In this document: one piece after another, positions 14,969 to 28,872 of the stretch
Position numbering within the stretch: position 1 is the stretch's first letter
Layout: every line of letters starts with the position of its first letter
Assembly: GCA_951406725.2 (NCBI GenBank)
Contig: OX597824.1
Location: 93,868,001-93,932,000, forward strand
Source: Octopus vulgaris
Taxonomy: Eukaryota
Direction of reading: 5' to 3'
Length of the DNA stretch: 64,000 bases
Position numbers and translations under genes: made by a program
Notes under the pieces: generated by a model
The model's database searches: none
The model's input: only the letters and a program-made list of their open reading frames with translations
What the model was told of the DNA's origin: nothing

Positions 14969-15224
14969 GCGCGAATTCAACGAGACTTTGTGTTTATCCA
15001 AAATGGAGACAAACACTATTCCTCCATGTGATCGTCTTGGAAATTTTTTAAGATATTAAGATATATTCCTATTTTCATAACATCCAACCAATGGCAGACT
15101 CAATTCACAAATAAAGAAATTCTAGCCGCTAATGCGGTGTTGAGCATACATTTTCATCGTTCGACATGTACGTATGTATGTGCATGTGTGAGTGCATGTG
15201 TGTATGTATATATACATACATATT

Positions 15225-15475
15225 GGAGGCACATGGCCCAGTTGCTATGGTGTTGCTCTCAAGTTTTACCGATCGTGAGTTCAGTTCCTAGATTGGGTGG
15301 TGTGTTATGTTCCTGAGTTAAACACTTCATCGCATGCTGCTCAAAGATCATTTCGACACCACTTCAGACAACGCCGATTTGACAGAGAAAGTAGGCTTAT
15401 GTGTGGCACAAACCTCTGACCACTATGAACAAATCATTCGTGCTGGCCGTTCGGCAAGAGCTGAACACCCGTATG
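15225..15475 (+). mobile_element. Old tRNA-SINE
   Basis: GGAGGCACATGGCCCAGTTG...GAGTTCAGTTCCTAG...TGTTCCTGAGTTAAACACTTCAT; related to the minus-strand copies at 21740-21994 and 43985-44280. Confidence 0.6.
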
Positions 15476-16049
15476 TGTGCCTCTATGTGTGTGTGTGTTT
15501 GTGTGTGTGTGTAATTTTGCTGGTTTATTTTTAATGGGTCCACAGGTTTCTCGGAACTTTCTAATTTTCAAAAGTTAACTGAGATAGGAAGACATGGAGC
15601 TATGCGGCAACTTTCTTGCTTATGACAGGCGTTTAAAAATTCCCTTGTTTTTATTTGAAGAACAAGTCTTAAATCAATATACTTTTGGGAGACAGTCTGA
15701 TTGGCAGGGGATGAATAGACTTAGAAAATTGTCTAAGTTCGCCGCTACGTCCAAGCATCAATGACATGTGTCAATAATTTTTGCTCCCGATATTAAAGCT
15801 GACACGGTTGAGTGAACATCTCTTGTGACAGTCTCAGGCAAACAAAGCTCTCTAAATTTAGCCTATGAAATGATAGAAAAGCAAGAAAATATGAAATTAG
15901 GCAGAAGTGAAATACATATTTTAATGTGTGTCATGCTTCACTGCACGTAACTATTAGGAGTAAAAATAAATCCAGAGTGTATAAATCTAGTATGGTTGAA
16001 TGGATATGATTTGTATATATATATATTATATAAGTAGGATAAGATGTTG

Positions 16050-17200
16050 TTCTCCGCTAAAATTGTGCGCTAGTGTCATGTGAGAAAAATCATGACTGTG
16101 CCTGAAGATGAGTTTGTTGTTTGTGTAAATTTAACATGTCAAGTAACAGAATACGTTTGGCTGTGAGTAGTTGTTGGTGAATATACTTTGTTTATTTGTA
16201 CGAATGTATTTTCTTTGTTTGACTTGGAATTTGAAAGATTTATGCTTGGCACATATGTCTATGTGCCCACTCTATGGGATCCGTCTAGTACTGTGGTCTT
16301 GTATTTGTTGACGATGAATAGTCAGTCCATTTCTATAAGTATGTTTTGTTTGGCTAATGTAACCCTCGTTACATTATTTTGATTTAATAGCATATTAACA
16401 GGTAAAACGATTTTTATGGTAAGTTTTTGTCTTAATTTAAATTTATATGTTTTGTCTTCAATGAGGTTTATGAAAGTTCGCAATTAGAGCTGCCACATTT
16501 TTGACTGTTGACGTGAGATATTTTGGAAGGTAATTTAGCGCTGCTGAGTCGTCCCTTGCTTTAAGAGATAGATTTTGGTTGTGTTTTATCTTTGATTATT
16601 TTGTGTATATCAAATGCTCGTTTCCATTCTTGTGTCTTGTCTCAACAGTGGGATCATCTGGTGGATAACGTTGTAAACCTCTGACCTTTTGGAGTTGTAT
16701 GTTGTAACGAAGTGAAAAGAATTGGAAATATCTGAAGCGTTTGTTTCTTTCCTTAAATACCCATTCTTTCCGCACGTTTTGCTCCGTTGTCTATTAACAT
16801 CGATGGATGTTTTCGTTAAAGTAGTATTTCCTTTAATTCCCTGAATCTTTTATTACGGATTTCATAATTTGAAAGAATTGTGGAAAGCTTTCTCGCTAGA
16901 TTAAATGGACTATTTGTCTTCGTGTGTTTGGGTGGTATAAGGAAAACAGCAGGTATTGTTTAGAATCAGTTGGTTTGTAAGGAATGCCTGTTTCAATATT
17001 TGTGTCTGTTTTCATGATAAGAATGTCCAGAAATGGTAGTTGAGTTTTACTGTCTTCCATGGTAAAGTTAATATTATTGTTTATGCTGTCCATTAGGTCT
17101 TTGAAATCAATAAGCTGGTCGAATGTGTGCATCCACAAAATTAGGCAATTATCGAAGTAACATTTACAGTTTTCTAATAAATATTCATGGATGTTCAATC
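16050..17200 (-). pseudogene. Decayed Penelope-like element (Neptune-like): RT C-terminal part + GIY-YIG endonuclease
   Basis: ORF 16896-17198 has FTME...LPFLDILI...YKPTDSKQYL....HP (PLE RT thumb). Downstream minus frames give KKCGSSNC, RFTC and CNEGYISQT...HRQQI...HIDIC, with stops and frameshifts. Confidence 0.85.
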
Positions 17201-17399
17201 CGTATTTTACTTTAGATTACTCATATACCTTCACATTTTCACTTACATGTGTAGAAGCCTGTCGTACATATATATGAGGGGGGAGGTGTATGTATGCGTT
17301 TGTATCTGTGTGTATGTGCGTGCGTATGTGTATGTACGACTAGCTTACGCATTCACGCACACGTATATGTGTGTGCTTTTGTATATATTTTTACTCCCA

Positions 17400-17555
17400 C
17401 CACCACTTGTCAACCAGTATTGGTTTGTTTACGTCACCTTGACATACGAGGTTCGGCAAAAGAGCAGATAGAATATTTACCAAGTCCTTCAAAGCGAAGC
17501 CTTGTCATGGCCACAGTGTGAATGGCTGCAACAAGTAAAAGATAAAAGATATAAA
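17400..17555 (+). mobile_element. SINE family C 3' half (decayed)
   Basis: CTTGTCAACC...GTTTACGTCACC...GGTTCGGCAAAAGAG...CATGGCCACAGT...AAGTAAAAGATAAAAGAT. Confidence 0.7.
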
Positions 17556-17910
17556 GATATATTTTCATTGATTGCTTTTTGTTTTCTTAGTGTCTGTCGT
17601 TAATTTAATTTTCTTCCAATCAAAACGTAAATATATTAAAAGAACACAAAATGATCGTCAAAATACCACCGTCTTTGGTAAACATGAATCTCAAACAAAG
17701 ACATGTCTTGAAATTACTGCAATGTACGTTTCGCCAAACGTATTTAACTTTGAGATTGCATGTTCTAAGCATATATACAATTCTACCTAAAAAATGGATC
17801 TAAAAACTTCAATATCCCTACATATTTCACATCTATTTTCTTTCCTCCACCTCACTCTCTATTTTGTATCCTATCTAAATTAACTATTACTTAACCATCC
17901 TCTCCCACCA

Positions 17911-17960
17911 TCTCCGATGAAGGGCTAAAATTAATAAATATCCTAGAAACAGCTGTAAGA
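17911..17960 (+). ncRNA. Minimal hammerhead ribozyme motif (CCGA core)
   Basis: TCT-CCGATGA-AGGG...TCCTA-GAAA-CAGCTG-TA-AGA: palindromic ACAGCTGT, helix I TCT/AGA; (TA)n begins ~70 bp downstream. Confidence 0.7.
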
Positions 17961-18027
17961 CCTTCTATCTATAAATGTTCTAATATCTACACACCCTTGG
18001 TTTTCTTATCTCATTACGCAAAGAAGT

Positions 18028-18093
<66 letters not shown>

Positions 18094-18880
18094 TATATAA
18101 TCACGTGCAATATAAGCTAGATTTTTAACTGCTACTTCTAGCACATCAAGCGCCTGCAAAAGGATATCTGTGGTTGGTTCAGTACAAGTGATCTTATCAA
18201 CAATGGTGAGATAAAGCAACCATTTTATACGCATGTGGCAAGTATGTCGGACGCTTGTGTGATCAGTGAAACATTTCGAACTACATACGAGATATAATTT
18301 ACAGTCTCTGTTTAGACAATCTTCATATATAATAATTATTATTTACTTAATAAGTTTATCAGTAAACTATACGAGATATCGTAATTTGGTATGTATTTAG
18401 GAAAGAAAACGTATAAAAGACAAAAAAAAAATTAAACAAAACAATATGTTGTTTATCGATTGTTTTAATGTTTTCTAAATGTCTGTGCCTATTGTGAAGA
18501 TACTTGAATAGAATTCGGCACATTATATCAAATCATATCATCATATCATATAATTGTGTGTGTGTGAGAGAGAGAGAGAGACAGAGAGAGATTGTATGTG
18601 CCTACCTGTATATATGTATTTATGTAATATATGCGTCTGTGCCCACTCATGTATGTGTATATTTATATATATACATATATATCTACATATATATACACAT
18701 ATATGCACATATATATATCTACATATATATATATATATATATCTACACATACACACACATATATATATATATACATATATATACATACATATATACATAT
18801 CTGTATATATATGTATTAGTACATATATATATATACATACATATATATATACATATATACATGTATATATATATATACAA

Positions 18881-18921
<41 letters not shown>

Positions 18922-19726
18922 TACATATCTACACCCCTCAGACACACTAAGCATGAAAAGAGAGTCCAAGCGTGTTTGTGTGTATGTGTGTTCGAGTGTC
19001 GGCATGTTTCCGTGCGTTTCCATTATTTTTCAAATAAAGTGCTTGACACATGAAAAGCGATTTCTTCTGGTAATTGGTAAACGATAGAAACACTTCCATT
19101 CCATTTGTGGAGACCCATTGGTATGTTAGAAGCCGGAATAAGATAAAGAAATCTATTCTTGGTACCGTCAATACAGTTTAAGATATTTTTCGTCATTCTC
19201 TATAATCTCGAGAACTTCATTACAACAAACCAAGGTGTTTTTCGATATTTATTTGCTTCTTTCTTTCGTTCTTGTATTTCGTTAATTTCATTTTCTTTCA
19301 ATCAACTTTTGCACCGAAGAAGGAAACATCAGAGTAATGCCATCGCTATCCGTAAACATGAACACGACGAGATCACAATCTTCAAGGACGCTACGAATGA
19401 TAAATTTCTTTATGATTAAATATCTGTCCTTGCGATCTTTTTTTTTTTACTCTTTCAATCTTGTTTTCTTTGTCGTTTGTTGCAATTATTGGACAGCGGC
19501 CATTCTGGTGCGTCTACTTTCAGCTTCAGTCGGTGAAACTTATTTCACTCTTTTTTTTATTTCAAGTCTCGTATCAAGTTTATTATTTTCTTTGCTGAAC
19601 CACAAATCTACATACACATGTAAGGTTGTATCTCAGCGTAGCTAAAGTCTAATGACCGAAGAATTTTTTTTTTAAATAATAGAACATAGACGAATAAAAT
19701 AATTGATGATAGACAGACAGACAGAC

Positions 19727-19762
<36 letters not shown>

Positions 19763-19766
19763 CATC

Positions 19767-20450
<684 letters not shown>

Positions 20451-20495
20451 GTCGGTTAAAGTATTAACATTCAATTTATATGGAATGATATTACC

Positions 20496-21078
20496 TATTT
20501 CTTTACTACCCACAAGGGGCTAAACACAGAGAGACAAACAAGGACAGACAAACGGATTAAGTCGATTATATCGACCCCAGTAACTGGTACTTAATTTATC
20601 GACCCCGAAAGGATAAAAGGCAAAGTCGACCTCGGCGGAATTTGAACTCAGAACGTAGCGGCAGACGAAATACCTATTTCTTTACTACCCACAAGGGGCT
20701 AAATACAGAGGGGACAAACAAGAACAGACAAACGGATTAAGTCGATTATATCAACCCCAGTGCGTAACTGGTACTTATTTAATCGACCCCAAAAGGATGA
20801 AAGGCAAAGTCGACCTCGGCGGAATTTGAACTCAGAACGTAACGACAGACAAAATACCTATTTCTTTACTACCCACAAGGGGCTACACACAGAAGGGACA
20901 AAGAAGGACAGACAAACGGATTAAGTCGATTATATCGACCCCAGTAACTGGTACTTAATTTATCGACCCCGAAAGGATAAAAGGCAAAGTCGACCTCGGC
21001 GGAATTTGAACTCAGAACGTAGCGGCAGACGAAATACCGCTAAGCATTTCGCCCGGCGTACTAACGATTCTGTCTGTC
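20496..21078 (-). mobile_element. SINE family A: head + 3 tandem ~180-bp bodies, single TSD
   Basis: Unit junctions (TACC) at 20492, 20671, 20855 and 21035; 15-bp TSD TGGAATGATATTACC at 20481-20495 and 21079-21093. Confidence 0.92.
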
Positions 21079-21204
21079 TGGAATGATATTACCGTTTATA
21101 AACACTTTCAAGATGCACAGCTTTACGAGTACGTCAGCAAACATTAACTGCTTATTCGAATTTATCATCAACTTATAATGAATGAAAGCCAGCGTTTACG
21201 TACA

Positions 21205-21281
<77 letters not shown>

Positions 21282-21739
21282 ACGGATCTGGAAGCTATTT
21301 GAGACCTTTGTTTGAGACTATGACTACGGATACTTCATGTAGACAAAGATGCCCAGTAGCTTCGGTGTTGTCTTGCACGGAAGCTTCACTGAGTTGTGCC
21401 AGGTGCATTCTGGGCGACATGTTACTCCATAGAAAGATTGCTTAATGAAGTGTCAAGCTCTTGATTAACTTAATTTAATAATTAAATAAGATACTTAGGT
21501 CGCAATTGAATATAATACGTAATGTTACACTTGTTGCCAAAGTAAAATATACAGACACTATCAGCTCGCATATAGAGTTCTCAGTTAAATATCAACTTTG
21601 TATCTTTCCGCTCGTATATTTTTGACAGAACTAGAGTCCAAGATCAATTTAAAGTGAGACAGGGTGCCTGAAACATTGTGTGCCATAAGGCCCTCACAGC
21701 CCTCTGGCAGTCAGAGAATGCGTGCGGTAGAGATTTAAT

Positions 21740-21994
21740 AACAAATAAAATAAATGCGCCCTTTTAAGGCCTATCCAGGCCCAGTTTCCCAGTTTCAATG
21801 GCGTATGTGTTCCCCAGCTGGACGGGACATCAGTCCATTGCAGCGTTACTCATTTTTGCCAGCTGAGTGGACTGGAGCAACGTGAAATGAAGTGTTTTGC
21901 TTAAGAACACAACGCGTCGCCCGGTCCAGGAATCGAAACCACAATCTTACGATTATGATGTTGACACCCTAACCACTAAGCCACGCGCCTCCAC
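21740..21994 (-). mobile_element. tRNA-SINE with V-domain-like segment and TSD
   Basis: Reverse complement head GTGGAGGCGCGTGGCTTAGTGGTTAGGG...GGTTTCGATTCC; TSD GCGGTAGAGATTTA at 21724-21737 and 21995-22008. Confidence 0.88.
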
Positions 21995-22379
21995 GCGGTA
22001 GAGATTTACTGATAGGGAAATCCAATGACGTCCTCGGGAAAAGCAGGCGGCCGGTATTATTCCAACTAGTTGGTCTCTTCTGGAGGATATTCGGACCGGG
22101 ATCCATCAGTAATTTCTAGAAATCTCTGACTTAGTTGTAGTTTTCATGCCATTTCCGATTTGGAATTGTCAATATAGGTATGGTTGTGCCGTTAGCCGTT
22201 CCTGCTCAAGACGGAGAGCAACGAAACGAGGCAGTACTCATTCGTACCGTGCTCGAGCATAGCTGACTTCTTGTGTTACGTTCAATAGCTGCTATCATAC
22301 ATAGAATTGCTCTGGCCATCGGTAGATTCCGTCGTGACGATCTGCTCTTCTTTTGTAAAGGAATTGTAGAAGAGTCATT

Positions 22380-22572
22380 AGCAGGCTGGGCACAATGCTT
22401 AGCGGTATTTCGCTCGTCACTGTGTTCTGAGTTCCAATTCCGCCGAGGTCGATTTTGCCTTTCATCCTTTCCGGGTCGATAAATTAAGTACCAGTCAAGT
22501 ACTGAGTCGATGTGATCGACTTACCTCCTCACCCAAAATTCCAGGCCTTTTGCCTACAATAGAAAAGATTAT
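22380..22572 (+). mobile_element. SINE family A monomer (alternative tail)
   Basis: GCTTAGCGGTATTTC...GCCTTTCATCCTTTCCGGGTCGATAAATTAAGTACCAG; the central domain resembles the Meta-type SINE core (tentative). Confidence 0.85.
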
Positions 22573-22585
22573 TGTTGTCATTATA

Positions 22586-22616
<31 letters not shown>

Positions 22617-23319
22617 TCATTATTTCCTTCTGTTTGCTCTGTAGCTTTTTAATTACTAATCATGTCTTAAGTCCGGCAGATTTTTTCACACGTCTGTGTG
22701 AGAACGATACTTGAACGAAAATATTTATTAATGGCTGGCTTTTCAGCCCCTTCGAGGCAGAAAGACGTTTTATTAGAACATTATGGTTCGACTGGTTTTC
22801 CTAATTCCTGTCGAACTTTAACAACCATTCGACAAGTCAAAAACAAAAACAACAGTGTATATACTGCGTCGTCTCAAAGAAAAATCAAAAAAGTTTCTAC
22901 AAGCGATAAACCAACCAGAGAAAAAAAAAATTCATGAAGACAGACAAATCGCACCAACATGTTGGCGTTTCGGAGAGAAAAATAATGATTTGTCGAGCAC
23001 CAAAAGTGACTTTAATGCGTTGATCGATAAAAAGTTACAGCGAATCTACCGCTCACACTTGCGCACAAGCCTTATCCTATGATAAGATTAGCGGTAAAAA
23101 AAATTACATTTGCGGATATTGCCTTAAACAGAATGTCTAAATTTGGAAAGGATCCAGAAAGTATTACGAATACAAGAATACACTGTGTTTGCTAAATACA
23201 TCATATGCTCAAAAATAGATTTATTCGACAGGGAACGAGGAAATGTAGTAACTTATCAAGGCATCATCAAAGCGATGTAGAGGCCAGTAAATATGTCGAA
23301 CGAGCCCACGAGGGAAGCC

Positions 23320-23374
<55 letters not shown>

Positions 23375-23749
23375 TGGAAGATGAATGGGATAAAGCTTCA
23401 TCCGTTGTCCGTGGAAAATTCTGCGGAAACATCGACCTATATATTGAGATCGTGTCTAAGGCGAAACACGTCAGACAGAAATAATACACGGGACTTCCTC
23501 TTAACAGCATATGTGTGTGTGTGTATGCGTGTGTGTGTGTGTGGCCGCAGTCAAATGGCTGAAGCAAATAAAAGAATATATATGTATTTATATGTGCGTG
23601 CGTGTGCGTGTGCGTATAGGTACAGGTAAGTTGGTTTGTGCGTATAATAGACGGTCTAAACAATAGGTTTAACTAAAGCCATGACGAAGTAACACTAAAC
23701 TGTGACATCTATGAATCAATGAACGACCCGCAGTGTAGATTTTGTCAGG

Positions 23750-24165
23750 CGTTGAGCTGGCAGAAATGTTAGCACGCCGGGTGAAATGCGTAACCGTATT
23801 TCGTCTGCCATTAGGTTCTGAGTTCAAATTCCGCCGAGGTCGACTTTACATTTCATCTTTTCGGGGTCGATAAATTAAGTATCAGTTACGCATTAGGGTC
23901 GATATAATCGACTAAATCCCTTCGTTTGTCCTTGTTTGTCCTCTCTGTGTTTAGTCTCTTGTGGGTAGTAAAGAAATAGGTATTTCGTCTGCCACTACGT
24001 TCTGAGTTCAAATTCCGCCGAGGTCGACTTTGCCTTTCATCCTTACGGGGTCGATTAAATAAGTACCAGTTATGCACTGGAGTCGATATAATCGACTTAA
24101 TCCGTTTGTCTGTCCTTGTATGTCCCGTCTATGTTTAGCCTTTTGTGGGCAGTAAAGAAATAAAA
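23750..24165 (+). mobile_element. SINE family A: head + 2 tandem bodies
   Basis: GAGCTGGCAGAAATGTTAGCACGCCGG head; junction AAAGAAATA|GGTATTTC at ~23978. Confidence 0.9.
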
Positions 24166-24294
24166 ATTCACAAAGAGAAACGATAAACGAAATATAGCTT
24201 TTTGTTTTTGTTTGTAATGCGTTCTCTCTATAATATACACCTTCTCTCAATAGACGGTCAAAGGATGTCATAATTATTTCATCATATTGAGACC

Positions 24295-24620
24295 TCGGAA
24301 CGCTATTATCCACTGATCATGAATGGTGGAAAATGTCCGAAAGCATACGGTTGGAAATACAGGGAGCCGGAACTGGGTTCCTAGGAAAAGTGTCCGGAAT
24401 AACGTTACTTGATAGCGTGTATAACTTGGAGATTAGGAAGTCACTCGAGACTGAATCATCCTTCCTGTGCATTGAAATGCCACAGCTTTGGTTTTGCGGA
24501 GATGTAATTAGAATGTTATAAGAAGGAACCGCAGACGGATTCTTCAACCTATGAAAACCGACAGGAAACCTTGGGTTAAGTCGAGAACAAAATGAGTGGG
24601 TAATATGGCCAGTTCCAGTC
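24295..24620 (+). mobile_element. Decayed RTE-clade LINE 3' fragment
   Basis: HEWWKMSESIRLEIQGAGTGFLGKVSGITLLDSVYNLEIRKSLETESSFLCIEMPQLWFCGDVIRM matches the RTE GHE.W.M...IQAAEM.FLR.V.G..L.DRVR...IR..L...L.IE..QLRW.GH..RM pattern. Confidence 0.75.
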
Positions 24621-25189
24621 GGTCATACGTTGGTCTTAGAAGGTCTTAGGACGGTTGCTTCTGAAAGGATCTTATGGAGAAAGGGCCTGATGTACCAACT
24701 CCGACCGTCATAGGAATAGTGAGAGTAAGAAAAAAAGGAGGGACGGACGCTCGGACGAAAGGGGCGGAGGGAGAGATGAATGGATAAATAAATGTATGGA
24801 TAAATAGATGGATGGATGGACGGATGGACAGCCGTCCGGCCGGAAAGACGGTTGGATAGTTTGTTAAATGGATGAAGATACTTCACTCAAGAGAAGTAAA
24901 GATGCTCTTTAGAAATGTAAGAATAATCATATTTGATTTTCTTTTCTCTAAAATCCTGAGCTTTTGTGTACTAACAAATAAGCCATTATCGCATATTGAA
25001 TATTCAGTAATTGGGCATTAATTGGATTATTGTAATTGACAATAGAGAATGAAATTTATATGCTAAATATAATTCGTTGATTAATTACCTGAACTATTAT
25101 CATCGTTATGTGTTTTCCGCAGTTCCTCGCTGCTTTTTATAATTCTTTTCTTACCGCTTCATGAAATGCGTCTCGGCATTCCAGTGATG

Positions 25190-25965
25190 ATTATATTATT
25201 TAAATTTTCAGGCAGTGTAAGGTTGTTTGTAGGACATATAGTTTACTCTGATATGGGTTTCATTTGGTTTCCACTTGTATTATTTTGTTGTACATTCGTT
25301 GGTCTTTACGTTCTGAGTTCAAATTCCGCCGGGGTCGACTTTGCCTTTCATCCTCTCGGGGTCGATAAATAAAGTACCAGTTTCGCACTGGGTCGATATA
25401 ATCGACTTAATCCCTTTGTCTGTCCTTGTTTGTCCCCTCTATGTTTAGCCCCTTGTGGGCAATAAAGAAATATATATTATTTAAATTTTCAGGCAGTGTG
25501 AGGTTGTTTGTAGGACATGAAATTTTACTCTGATGTGGGTTTCATTTGGTTTCCACTTGTATTTATTTTGTTGTACATTCGTTCGTCTTTACGTTCTGAG
25601 TTCAAATTCCCGCGAGGTCGACTCTGCATTTCATCCTTTCTGGATCGATAAATTAAGTAGCTGTTGAACACTGGGGCTGCTATCATCGATTTAACCCCTC
25701 CCCAGAAATTGATGGCCTTGTGCCAAAATTTGAAATCATTATTTCGTTGTACATTATGTCGGGGAGATAGCAGAATTGTTAACGCGCTAGACAAAATGTT
25801 TAGCAGCCTTTCCTCCGGGTCTTTTTGCTCTGAGTTCAATTCTAGCTGAGGTTGACTTTGCCATCCATCATTTTGGGGTTGATAAAATAACGACCAGTTG
25901 AGCATTTGGGTCGATATAATCGACTTGTTCCTCCTCCATAACTCCAGGCCTTGTAACTTTAGGTC
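25190..25965 (+). mobile_element. SINE family A cluster with duplicated ~110-bp AT-rich module
   Basis: TATATTATTTAAATTTTCAGGCAGTG...TTGTACATTCGTT occurs at ~25192 and ~25473, each followed by a SINE A body; a third, older SINE A lies at ~25765-25960. Confidence 0.85.
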
Positions 25966-26097
25966 GATCGGGGATTTTTTTAAGGAATTTGTCCAAAGGC
26001 TTCTTAAAATTTATGGGGTCTGTTTCTGCTTTAATTTGTTTTCGTGTAACGTTAAAGGGAGCGGGGCCAATTGAGGTGAAATAATTGTGCCGTATTA

Positions 26098-26135
<38 letters not shown>

Positions 26136-26461
26136 TATATGCTTGTGTGTGTGTGTGTCAACACAGGTGAAATTCCTTGGGTGGCGGGAGAGAATGCTCG
26201 ATTCTGTATATATATATATATATATATATGTACATATGTGTGTGTATGTCTGCTATCGATGTCTAATACGTGTGCTGTTAGACGATTTATAGCTGCAATA
26301 TTTCGTCTGGGGAAATCCGTAGAGACGACGCAGAGTGTCACGACCCGGAGGTGCATAACAACAACAACAACAACAATAATGATAATAATAATAATAAAAT
26401 AACAATAACATTAGCAATATATATATATACATATATATGCATATATATATATATATGTATG

Positions 26462-26528
<67 letters not shown>

Positions 26529-27229
26529 GATTGTGTATATGTGTGTGTATATTTTATTATTAATCGGTGTAAGTCAAAGAGTGAGTCAAGGGCAGAGATT
26601 TTCGTATGTTGGCCCGTATCATATTGGTAAGTGCCAATGCCAGGAAGTCTTAGACCGTCTGTAAATTTTACTGAGTCATAATATGTACATATATTCATAT
26701 ATACATGTATATATATATTTATAAATATACATATATAGATATATGCATACATATACTTATATATACACACACATATATACACATGTATATATGCATGTGT
26801 AACGCACAGGTCACCAGTGTTAGACAAGTCAGAGTGAAAGCAAACCCTCTATGCTTTCCTCAGCCACGGAAAAGCAGAAACATATAACGACCTCCCAAGC
26901 GAAATACAATAAAAATGCATCGTTTTACGGCAATAAATTACAAAAAAGAATTAGTTACCCGTGCATATATAATGTAATCTGTTGACCTATTCTAGAAATA
27001 TCGGTTAGGATGTTAATGAGTTTTGCTGCAGATTGCAACTGCAGGAATCGGAAAAATATTGGAAGGAATCTAGGCCAACTCTTAGAGTATATTAATGCAA
27101 GGTAAGAATGTAGATATTGTTCGTATAGAATCGAATTGCTAAATAAGTGTGTGAAGGCAAGTAAAATTAGTAATAACGAAAGAGAAAAACACAATTCAAG
27201 ATAACAATATTTCAACGTCGATTATTCGT

Positions 27230-27362
27230 TTATTATTATCGTTGTTGTTGCTGTTGTTAATATTATTATTTTTTTGATTATCATTGGTATTGTTCTTGAT
27301 ATTATTATTGTTATCATTATTATTATTAGAGTTATTATTTTTACCATTATTTTTGTTGTGGC

Positions 27363-27437
<75 letters not shown>
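27230..27437. repeat. (ATT)n microsatellite
   Basis: Perfect ATT run at 27365-27437 with a degenerate flank; similar arrays at 36556-36940 and 54487-54710. Confidence 0.97.
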
Positions 27438-27439
<2 letters not shown>

Positions 27440-27665
27440 CTTCTCTTATCAATTGTTCAAAGTGGAAGGTAGTAATGTGAAAATTAATATGCAAATGCCT
27501 GCATCATATATAAACGTGTGCGTTTGTGTGTTCGTGTGTGTGTGTGTGTATGTGTATGTATAGAATGAAAAAGGTACTACATATAAATATAAACATATGT
27601 ATATATATATATATATGTATGTAATATATATGTGTGTGTGTGTGTATACATATGTATTCATATAC

Positions 27666-27713
<48 letters not shown>

Positions 27714-28017
27714 TACATATTTTCTTGAGAGAGAAAGAGAGAGAAATAAGTGTGCGTGTGTAGAGGTATATATGTGAAACTATTTAGTGAAATACAGTTA
27801 GTAATTGACGTGACTGGTGGAGATACACTCGACATGGGTACACGCCTCTGTGCATGCATGCTGTATAAGCATTTGATAACAGAAAATATATAATTACAAT
27901 GTGCTTTCACAGCTATTGTGTATGTAGCTATGCATATATGTAAGCACATATATATCTATATATATATATATACATTTATATGTACAAACACACAGACACG
28001 GACACACACACGTACAA

Positions 28018-28053
<36 letters not shown>

Positions 28054-28086
28054 TCAAACGTGCACATGTACACCCCAATAAATAAT

Positions 28087-28140
<54 letters not shown>

Positions 28141-28142
28141 GA

Positions 28143-28431
28143 GGGAGGCGCAATGGCCTAATAGTTAGGGCAGCGGACTGGCGGTCGTAGGATCGCGGTA
28201 TCGATTCCCAGACCAGGCGTTGTGAGTGTTTATTGAGCGAAAACACCTAAAGCCCCACGAAAACACCTAAAGCCCCTTTCGCCACAACTTTATCTCACTC
28301 TTTCTTCTGTTGGCCTGCTCGCTTAGCCGGCGGGGTGGCGTCATTTGAAGGCTAAAACAATGCGAAGCGCATTGTGACCAGCGACGTGTAACAACATCTG
28401 ATGGCCTGGTCGGTCACGGTGATCACGGTGA
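28143..28431 (+). mobile_element. tRNA-SINE family B (tail type 1) inserted in (TA)n
   Basis: GGAGGCGCAATGGCCTAATAGTTAGGG (A box), GGTATCGATTCCC (B box), ends CACGGTGATCACGGTG; (TA)n on both sides. Confidence 0.9.
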
Positions 28432-28519
28432 TATATATATATATATATATATATATGTATAGAATGTATATATGTATAATCGACGAGTGTCTGTGCATAT
28501 ATATATATATGTATATATA

Positions 28520-28726
28520 TGTGACCGCGTGTGTATGTTTGGCGATTTTCTTTCTCCATCTTTCCTTCCTTGGATCTTTCCTTTTTCTATGTTTCTGACG
28601 AAGAGCTCCGCTCGAAACGTTAAATCCTCCTTCTTTCTTTCCTTTCCTGAGCGTCCAATAACACTATACTTGTTCCACGTCCTCGCGTTGTTGTGTTTTC
28701 TCTTTCTTCATGTTTGGGATTAACTA
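28520..28726 (+). mobile_element. Penelope-like 3' terminal remnant with intact-looking hammerhead at 28591-28625
   Basis: GTTT-CTGACGA-A-GAGC-TCC-GCTC-GAAA-CGT-T-AAAT; flanked by (TA)n on both sides. Confidence 0.8.
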
Positions 28727-28747
28727 TATATATATATATATATATAT

Positions 28748-28790
<43 letters not shown>

Positions 28791-28841
28791 TATATATGCA
28801 TATGCATATATATATGTATGTATGTATATATATATATATAT

Positions 28842-28872
<31 letters not shown>

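Noticed and set aside
23453-23477. TGTCT...GGC-GAAA-CACG-TC-AGACA, resembling the 3' half of a hammerhead
   Set aside because: The CUGANGA box is absent; it may be a deleted relic but cannot be supported.
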